A stretch of DNA of 64,000 nucleotides from Eledone cirrhosa (lineage: Eukaryota), in the NCBI GenBank assembly GCA_964016885.1, contig OZ024740.1, positions 364,684,001-364,748,000 on the forward strand, written 5' to 3'. Below the pieces are notes generated by a model, which saw only the letters and a list, made by a program, of their open reading frames with translations, was not told the DNA's origin and did not search any database. The stretch's first letter is position 1. Each line of letters opens with the position of its first letter. The position numbers and the translations under genes were made by a program. This document shows positions 55,453-64,000 of the stretch, in pieces.

Positions 55453-56543
55453 TTGCTGCTACTTATTGCACCAGAGCACCGGCCACATGTAAAATCTATG
55501 TTCTTAGTTAGCTTACCTGTGATCCCACTACATCTTTTATGCACCCATACTTTGCATTTGGGACATAAAATGGAGTTTCTACCTACGCCTTTCCTACACA
55601 CTGAGCATGGCCACTTCCCGGAAGGGACCGCCGCCTTATTTTCTTTCTTACAAACTAGAACTTTAGTCTTAGCCAGGTTAATTTTAAAGTCTTTTGATTC
55701 TAGGCCGTGCTTCCATGTTTGGAATCTCTTCTCTAGCTCGGCCATTGATTCAGCTATGAGCGTTAGATCATCTGCATATAGGAGTTCCCATGGGCAGCCG
55801 GTCTTGAACTCCTCTGTTATAGCCTGAAGGGCAATAATAAATAGTAGGGGGCTAAGAACAGAGCCCTGATGGACACCAACTTTTACGCTAAACTCTTCAC
55901 TATATTCGTTGTTAATTCTAACCTTGCTGACTGTTTCTTTATACATGGCTTGTATAGCTCTCACAAGCCATTCGTCAACACCTAGTTTTCTAAGAGCCCA
56001 CCAGATAATGGAACGGGGGACTCTGTCGAAGGCTTTCTCCAAGTCGACAAGAGCTAAGTATAGGGGTTTACTTTTAGCTAGGTACTTCTCCTGTAGTTGT
56101 CGTACAATGAAAAGAGCGTCTGTTTTACTTTTGCCTGACACAAACCCGAACTGCATTTCATCTAGATCAATTCTCTCTCTGATTAGTTGCGCTATTACTT
56201 TTTCCGTGACCTTCATGACCTGGTCGATTAATTTAATGCCTCTATAGTTACTCCTATTTAGGGCATCTCCTTTACCCTTATAACAATTAATGATGATGCT
56301 GCTACGCCAGTCCTTCGGAACAACCCCATTCTGTACGACTTGGTTTACTATCCGGGTGACCATGGTGTGTCCCACCGTACCAGAGGCTTTCAGCATCTCA
56401 GCAACTATTTCCGAAGGCCCAGCCACCTTACTCGTCTTCATATCTCTGATTGCCTTACTTATTATACTACTCTCGACTAACACTGCTGGTCCCTCTATTG
56501 GGTCGATGTGGGTGAGACTGTCTTTCTCCCATTTATTCTCCAT
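55404..56543 (-). pseudogene. RTE reverse transcriptase domain + PHD-like zinc finger
   Basis: NYRGIKL, QFGF, DLEKAFD, GVHQGSVLSP, LYADD; then CSVC..C..C....H..C..C..C. Confidence 0.95.
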
Positions 56544-56812
56544 TTACACCAACACATCACCCATCTCTTTCCATTCAAATTAGAAGCTACATTTTTAGCC
56601 AGTACAAATGACAAGTAAATATGTTTTGAAACAGTGAGCCGGTTTGACATTAGAAAATAGAATCGCTTTCACCGTATTTTTTTGGTAAAGAAATTTTAGT
56701 CTGATAATGGGGTTTAGAACCCTCAGATAAATGGAAAAAGATGAGTATTGACGTACATGGTAGTCGAACCCACATCTTTGGTTATCCAGACCACTGTGCT
56801 AAAGAGATGGCT

Positions 56813-56884
56813 GATGTGTTGGTGTAAATGGTAGCACAGTGGTCTGGATAGCCAAAGATGTGGGTTCGACTCCCATGTACGTCA
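56813..56884 (+). tRNA. tRNA-like cloverleaf, GGA anticodon, short variable loop (identity and function unresolved)
   Basis: Acceptor GATGTGT/GTACGTC (3 G-U), D-arm GTGT-AAATGGTA-GCAC, anticodon arm GTGGT-CTGGATA-GCCAA, variable AGAT, T-arm GTGGG-TTCGACT-CCCAT; canonical spacing, A- and B-boxes present. Confidence 0.55.
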
Positions 56885-57345
56885 ATACTCATTTAATAGT
56901 CTCCGTAGTGACCCTTCCAGGCTATCTTCTTATCAGCATCAGTGAGGGCAAGTGCACCGTTATCATTACGGACACACTTCTCCCCGACAATATCACGGTT
57001 TTCCTTGACACATTGTCTAGCAATCCTGAACACCTCGTGTTTTTAGTCCTCACGTTGTAGAACATGCTTGAACTTTCTATCCTCTGCTTCCCTTTTTGCA
57101 AGGTACACTTGTCTCCTAGCTTTTCTCCTGGCCACTTGATAGTGCTCTCTACTTCCCCCATCCTGCCATACTTTCCAAGCCTGCTTTTTGGCCTTGATTG
57201 TCTCTTCTACCTTACTGTTCCACCACCAAGTTACTCTCCTCCTGCCAATAGGTCTGCTCCAGCAACAAATTTCATCCGTTGCTTTCAGCAGGTTCACTTT
57301 CAATAATTGCCACTGTTCCTCTATAGCGCACGTCTCTAATTGCTC

Positions 57346-58188
57346 TTACTTATTGTCAAAGGCATCAAGTAATAAGCTTTTAAATTTGTCACTGGCTATG
57401 CGGTCCTTCAACTTCCATATTCTTCTCCTCAAGGTAGGCCTCCTCTGTCGTCGAGTACGTCTATTTCTGACTGTGAGGTCACTAACTACTAGGCTATGTT
57501 GGGTGGTGCATTCTTCACGGAGGAGGGATTTAGTGTTTACAACAGACACTTGGTCCCGTCTTCTAGTAAGGATATAAGCTATCTGGCTGGCGTGTTCCCC
57601 TGATCGATAGGTGATCAAGTGGTTTTCACGTTTTTTGAAGTTTGTATTACAGATAGTTAGGTTATTGGCGTCACAGAATTCCAGGATTCTGAAGCCTTCC
57701 TCATTTCTATTTCCAACCCCATAGCCTCCATGGATTCCATCATAGCCATCACTATGTTGTCCAACGTGGCCGTTTAGATCGCCAACAATAACTAGGTAGG
57801 CGCTGTCAGTTATTTGGGTGGTAGTGTGCATTAGCATCTCATAGAACCTGTCCTTTATAACGTCAAGTAGACCAGATTGGGGTGCATAAGCGGATATTAT
57901 TGTCACAGTAGTTTTATTTAGAACTAGCCTTATTTTAATTATTCTGTCATTTACTCTATTTACGTCGATTACCTTATCTACCCATTTTTCAGCTAACATA
58001 ATTCCTACTCCACCCTGTCCGTTGTCATTTCCCACCCAGAAAAGTTTATAGCATCGTTTTTTACCCACGATGAATCTGGCAGACCCCCCTCTCCACCTAG
58101 TCTCTTGAATACAACAAACATCAACTTCTTTACGTTCAAGCATCTCTACAACCTCATTTGAGCGACCTTTCACTGTGCCTACGTTCAT
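57346..58188 (-). pseudogene. RTE apurinic/apyrimidinic-type endonuclease domain
   Basis: (GT)MNV, CIQETRW, SAYAPQ, GDLNGHVG, NTNF, TQHSLV motifs. Confidence 0.95.
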
Positions 58189-59385
58189 GGTACCAACTCT
58201 GAAGCTGGGAGGGGTGTGGGAGACGGGATTTTGTTGGTCATCCGTGTCTGAAATAAAGAGGGGTCCTTGTATTCTCGTCTTGCAGCGGGAGGTGAATTTA
58301 TCTTTATCTGTGACATTGTCATTGAGTGCTTAGGCTTTTCAAATTTTCGCAGTCAACCCATCAAACAGGTCTAAACTTAAGGAGTAGTAACCGAGGTGGT
58401 AGCTTTGCTATACTGATTTGTTAGAGAACTTACTAAAGCCGCTGAGTTATGATTGGACCGTATAGCAATGGTGGTATATTACCCGTATGTTTTGTGAAGG
58501 TATGTATACCTTCTCGTACGTATATTTGACTGTTATAGCGTATAATTTTTACATATTCTGGTATTTAGGGTTTGGCTATGTGTATACGGGAGTTTTGCGT
58601 CCGCGTGGGTGCGCAGGTTCGTACGTATGGTGATTGTGTGTATATGTGTACTTCTTGTTTTAGTTGACTTACGTCTCCGAACATTCGTGTATTTATATGT
58701 AGGTATGTGTGTGCGCTTGTTATATACGTATTTATTTACTTATATACGTTTATATAATTATTTATTTATTTGTACACAAGCATACACACACACACATATT
58801 TATATGTGCGTGGTTTGGTATACCCATGGTAAGGTTTTGCGTATGCTTGTGTATGTACGTATCTTTTCGCGTGTATGTATTTATTTGTTTCTACTACTTC
58901 TGTATTGTATTTATTTACTTTGCTCTTAACTCTGTAGCGGAGATTCATTTGGTCTCCTAGTTAGAATTTTAGTCTACGATTTCTGCTATACCATTTACGT
59001 GGTTTTGTCTTTGCGTGCTATTGTTCTCCACGCTCCACATATGACTTATTATCTTTGTTTTTTCGTTCATTGCCAGAGAACGTCTCTATGCACCACCTAA
59101 GAGAACATTAGTCTACGACCTCTTTTATACCATAAACGTGGTTTTGTCTTTGCGCGTAATTGTTTTTCACCGCTCCTATTAATGACGTGTTATTCGTTTT
59201 TTCCCGTTCTTTGCCAGCGAACGTTACCACGAACCAAAGTATCGTCTTCCTGTCTTCCTCCGGTTGCAACGTTTTTTGAAATATCCAGTTCTGCGTTTAC
59301 AGATTGACTTCGTTAGTTTCAGAAGATCCCGTTAAGGGTGAAAGCAGCGATTCTTTGCTTAAACTTTAATGTGTTATTTTAATAA

Positions 59386-59529
<144 letters not shown>

Positions 59530-59576
59530 TTATATATGTATATTTATATATATATATATGTATATTTATATATGTA

Positions 59577-59617
<41 letters not shown>

Positions 59618-59628
59618 TTATATATGTA

Positions 59629-59678
<50 letters not shown>

Positions 59679-59688
59679 TATATATATA

Positions 59689-60091
<403 letters not shown>

Positions 60092-60195
60092 GTATATATA
60101 TATGTATGTATGTATATATATATGTATGTATGTATATATATATATGTATATATATATGTATATATATATGTATATATATATGTATATATATATCT

Positions 60196-60765
60196 TGATC
60201 TGCCTGTACACCCTCTTTTTGCACTGCTTGTGCTTTGATGCATCTATGCTTTGTTTTGTCTTATAAATTTGGGGGGGACGGGGGGTCCGGGCTTTTTGTT
60301 CCTTTATTGTTTTGTATTTTTGTGTTTATCTCTTTTCTTATTCCTGTAGTTTTGTACTTTTTTATTATTTTTTTTTTATTTTGTTATTTTCTTACATTTT
60401 CTGATTGTTTATGATCATGCTGAGTAATACTCTCACTCTTCCCTTGCTACCCTCTCCCAACCTCTTTATCATCTATTGCACCATCTAAGTGATAAATTTT
60501 TGGTGTAATTTTTAATTTTTAAATTTTTAAGATATTTTATGACATTATGTGCATCATGTATTCTGTCTTTTTCCATATAGCGCTAGCCTCGGGACCCCCT
60601 TGCTGGTCATTTAACCTTAAGCTGGTGACACAGCTCGATGGAGTATGCAACTACTGATATACTCATGTTTATAGGCTCTGAAGATTCCTGCCATGGTGTA
60701 TGGATGAAACACTGTTAACTAATAAAACAATGTATTTCTAAGCACTGTTTGGTTATTCCTATAAC
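60196..60765 (+). mobile_element. Probable Penelope-like terminal repeat remnant
   Basis: T-rich body ending in a degenerate hammerhead (CTGAAGA..GAAAC, 60678-60720) and AATAAA, embedded in TA tracts. Confidence 0.4.
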
Positions 60766-60801
60766 TATATATATATATATGTATATATATATATGTATAT
60801 A

Positions 60802-61312
60802 CAGGGTGCGGATGATATTTGTTCGCAATTTTCAACTGCTAATTTTATGCAAATTTTTTTTACTTCTGTTGTCACTCTTGTCTTCATAAAGACAGTGACT
60901 GTTTTTCCATTATTTGTTTTCGGGATGGTTGATTGTGAATAAATTTGAACCTCCAAATTTGTGGAAGAGACACAAAGTTCTTCTTGGAGTCCGTGCCGGG
61001 AGGACAAATAAGACCAGAAGATCAACTCCCAGAACAACAGGTGGCGCGCTGTCTAATCCAAAGACGTGCCCAGAGTCATGCAGACAAATTTTCCATCGAC
61101 AACATTGGTCTTTGGTGTCGTCAGCAGTCAAGGTGACGTCATGCCACCTCACTTTTTCCATGAAGGTTTCAAGTTGAACACCGATGGCTACATCCGCGTT
61201 CTGAGCGAGGTAGTAAAGCTCTGGATCGACCAGGTAGCTGCAGGTAGGCCGTACGTGTGGCAGCAAGACTCAGCGCCCTGCCATACCAGCCGATTGACCC
61301 AAGCCTGGCTGT
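60802..61312 (+). pseudogene. Tc1/mariner (maT/DD37D-like) transposase fragment
   Basis: TA-CAGGGTG terminus; NSQNNRW..PRVMQTNFPS..VFGVVSSQGDVMPPHFF..YVWQQDSAPCHTS; truncated by RTE sequence. Confidence 0.85.
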
Positions 61313-61583
61313 CTCCATTCCTACCCTGACTTTACTGACAGTACCTCTGTACAAAGTTTGCACTGTCCTCACAAGCCATTCCTCAACACCTAGTTTCCTT
61401 AGGGACCACCAGATGACAGATCGGGGTACCCTATCAAAGGCCTTCTCTAGGTCAACAAAGACTAAGTATAGTGGCTTATTTTTCTCTAAGAACCCCTCTT
61501 GCAATTGTCTCACCAAGAAGAGGGCATCTGTTGTACTTTTCTGAGACACAACACGAAAATGCATCTCATCTAGTTTGACCCTT
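61313..61583 (-). mobile_element. Inverted RT segment of RTE family 2
   Basis: Reverse complement of 62608-62878, about 15 mismatches in 271 bp by manual alignment. Confidence 0.92.
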
Positions 61584-61587
61584 CCTC

Positions 61588-63658
61588 TTCTTATTAGTTA
61601 GGCAGCAGGACAGGCAGATAGTGTCTAATACCAAGGCATACCCTGGGGAAGCATATCTCAGTAAGCAAGAGATGGAATGAGACATATAGGAAGGTGTGGA
61701 GAAGAAAGGTCTGGAAGCTAAAAGACCTTTCACTAAAATACAAATTTAGGAAAGCCCTTCAAGATGTATATGACGAAAAAGAAGACGATTTAGAGACATA
61801 TGACATAGATAATAACTGGAATTTCTTACGTGACAACTTGCTGCAGGCTACTGATGAAACTTGTGGCTGGAGCAGAGCTCCAACCAGACAGAGAGTGACC
61901 TGGTGGTGGAACAGCACAGTAGATAAGGCTATTAGAGACAAAAGACTAGCATGGAAGGCTTGGAAAAAGGATGGGAGTAGGGAAGAATATACAGACACTA
62001 AGAGAGAAGCTATACGTCAGGTGTACTTAGCACGCAGGGAGGCAGAGAGTAGGAGGTTTGCCAATGTTCTGCGACGGGAAGATCAGAGGCGGGCGGTGTT
62101 CCACATTGCAAGGCAGTGTGTCAATGCAAATCAGGATGTTGTTGGAGATAAATGTGTCCGGGATGATGCCGGTGTACTTAGTGTCACGAATGATCAGAAA
62201 AAGGAGGCCTGGAAATGTCATTATGAGAGACTGATAAATGTGGAGAACAAATGGGAGAAAGAGAAATTACCCTTGGTAGATCCGACAGAGGGACCAGCTA
62301 TTGAGATTGACGAATATAGGGTCCAAGAGGCGATTAGGGAAATGAAAAATGGTAAGGCTGCCGGACCATCGGGAATAGTTGCTGAGATGCTGAAGGCATC
62401 AGGGGACATAGGCACTAAACTAGTTGCACGCATCATCAATCAGGCTATATATGGTGGTGTCATACCCAAAGACTGGTGCAGCAGTATTCTCATAAATTGC
62501 TACAAAGGTAAAGGGGATGCTCTGGAGAGGAGCAATTATAGGGGTATAAAACTGATAGATCAGGTTATGAAAGTGGCAGAAAGGATTTTAGCACAACTAA
62601 TTAGAGAAAGAGTCAAACTAGATGAGATGCAGTTTGGTTTTGTGCCTGGGAAGAGTACAACAGATGCCCTCTTCTTGGTGAGACAATTGCAAGAGAGGTT
62701 CTTAGAGAAGAATAAGCCACTATACTTAGCCTTTGTTGACCTAGAGAAGGCCTTTGATAGGGTACTCCGATCTGTCATCTGGTGGTCCCTAAGGAAGCTA
62801 GGTGTTGAGGAATGGCTTGTGAGGACAGTGCAAACTTTGTACAGAGGTACTCTCAGTAAAGTGAGGGTAGGAATGGAGTTTAGTGAGGAATTCCAGATAC
62901 AAGTAGGAGTACATCAAGGTTCGGTCCTCAGCCCGCTCTTGTTCATTATAGTCCTCCAAGCCATAACGGAGAAATATGTATGCAGTAGATGTACAGGGAA
63001 ATTAGACAGTAGAAGTCGCATTGATAGACACATTTTTTAAATGCAGGAGGGCGCTATAGAAGTGGTGGATAGCTTCCGGTACCTAGGAGATCAGATTAGC
63101 ATGGGAGGAGGGTGTTCTGAGGCCATAGTATCTAGAATAAGGACGGGTTGGAAGAAGTTTAGGGAGCTGCTTCCTCTGTTGAAGAAGAAGGGTTTCTCCC
63201 TGTGTACAAAAGGCCGGTTGTATGATGCCTGTGTGAGGAGCGCGATGCTTCATGGTAGTGAGACATGGGCAGCAACTGCAGAGGATATGCGACGGCTGGA
63301 GAGAAATGAGGCAAGCATGCTCCGTTGGATGTGCAGTGTAAATGTTATGAGAGAGAAACTGTCTGAGAGGGATAGAATGTAGTGTACGGGAGAGGAGACT
63401 GAGGTGGTATGGACATGTGATGCGCATGGAGGATGACCGATGGGTGAAGAAGTGCCAGGAAATGCCAGTTGAAGGAAGACGTGGTAGAGGTAGACCACGA
63501 AAAACATGGGCGGAGGTGGTGAGAACAGACCTCAGATCATTGAAGCTCACGGTGGAGATAACGAAGGACCGTGACGAGTGGAGGGATGCTATGCTGAATA
63601 AGACCCGTCCCACCCTTGCAAGCAGGGAAAAGCGGACATAAGATGATGATGATGATGA
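61588..63658 (+). mobile_element. 5'-truncated, internally deleted RTE LINE (family 2)
   Basis: ORFs 61694-63040, 63041-63382 and 63417-63641 are homologous to family 1; YADD is lost by deletion; (GAT)n tail. Confidence 0.93.
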
Positions 63659-63713
63659 TATGTATATATATGATGATGATGATGATGATGATGATATGTA
63701 TATATATATGTCA

Positions 63714-64000
63714 GGTCATCAGTTGGTGCTACTGGTAACATGTATCCCAGTACAACCTGTCCCATGGTTGGCTCGTTGGCGACTAAACTGGCAACCCCAC
63801 CAAGGTTTCTTGGTGAGGAGGGTGACTTTGGACATTCTGCAGGACTAAAAACAAAACCTGTCAAAGGGCAAAGGAGCTCTTAAGAGTCAATGGCCATCCA
63901 AAATCACCGAGAGAGATGCCCCCTTAGCCTTTGTCAAGGCAGAATTCTAGGAGAAGGAAAACTCTGATATAACACCTGCAACCCTGATGGTATCCAATGA
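63714..64000 (+). mobile_element. 5' UTR of a further RTE-like element running off the window
   Basis: Starts right after a TA tract; HDV-like pairing at its 5' end; CTAGGAGAAGGAAAACTCTGA motif that I associate with RTE 5' UTRs (from memory). Confidence 0.5.

Larger units (their letters stand above)
54431..59385 (-). mobile_element. Near full-length RTE-clade LINE (family 1), frameshifted and interrupted
   Basis: APE, RT and C-terminal ORF pieces in order; ~390-bp 3' UTR with (ATG)n tail; ~1.1-kb upstream region ending at a TA tract (5' boundary approximate). Confidence 0.93.

Noticed and set aside
54431-59385. RTE family 1 copy as an active element
   Set aside because: Several frameshifts and stops plus the ~350-bp insertion break the single ORF.

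Overview
AT-rich, repeat-saturated eukaryotic (metazoan) genomic DNA. The repeat content suggests an octopod cephalopod (inference): tRNA-headed SINEs with CORE-like or Meta-like central domains, RTE LINEs with (ATG)n tails, and very long (TA)n/(TATG)n tracts. I could not recognise a host protein-coding exon with confidence, and most short six-frame ORFs are microsatellite or repeat read-throughs. The recognisable coding sequence is transposon-derived: a near full-length, frameshifted RTE LINE (54431-59385, minus; APE endonuclease, RT, PHD-like finger), a second RTE (61588-63658, plus) next to a maT-like Tc1/mariner fragment, a decayed mariner (47481-48400), several RTE fragments and a CRE-like RLE remnant (31300-31640). 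The most unusual observation is a ~350-bp insert in the large RTE. It holds one circularly permuted ~262-bp unit of an apparent tandem tRNA-like gene array plus an inverted complete cloverleaf (GGA anticodon, short variable arm, ~17-bp leader-trailer helix). Other points of interest are a candidate HDV-like ribozyme at the 5' end of an RTE (63714-63791), a cluster of minimal hammerhead motifs and fold-back hairpins (26.7-30.4 kb), a 266-bp near-perfect palindrome, an inverted duplication spanning 4.6 kb, and a CpG-retaining zone with a CTCF-like motif. All family names come from visual motif recognition, not database searches.
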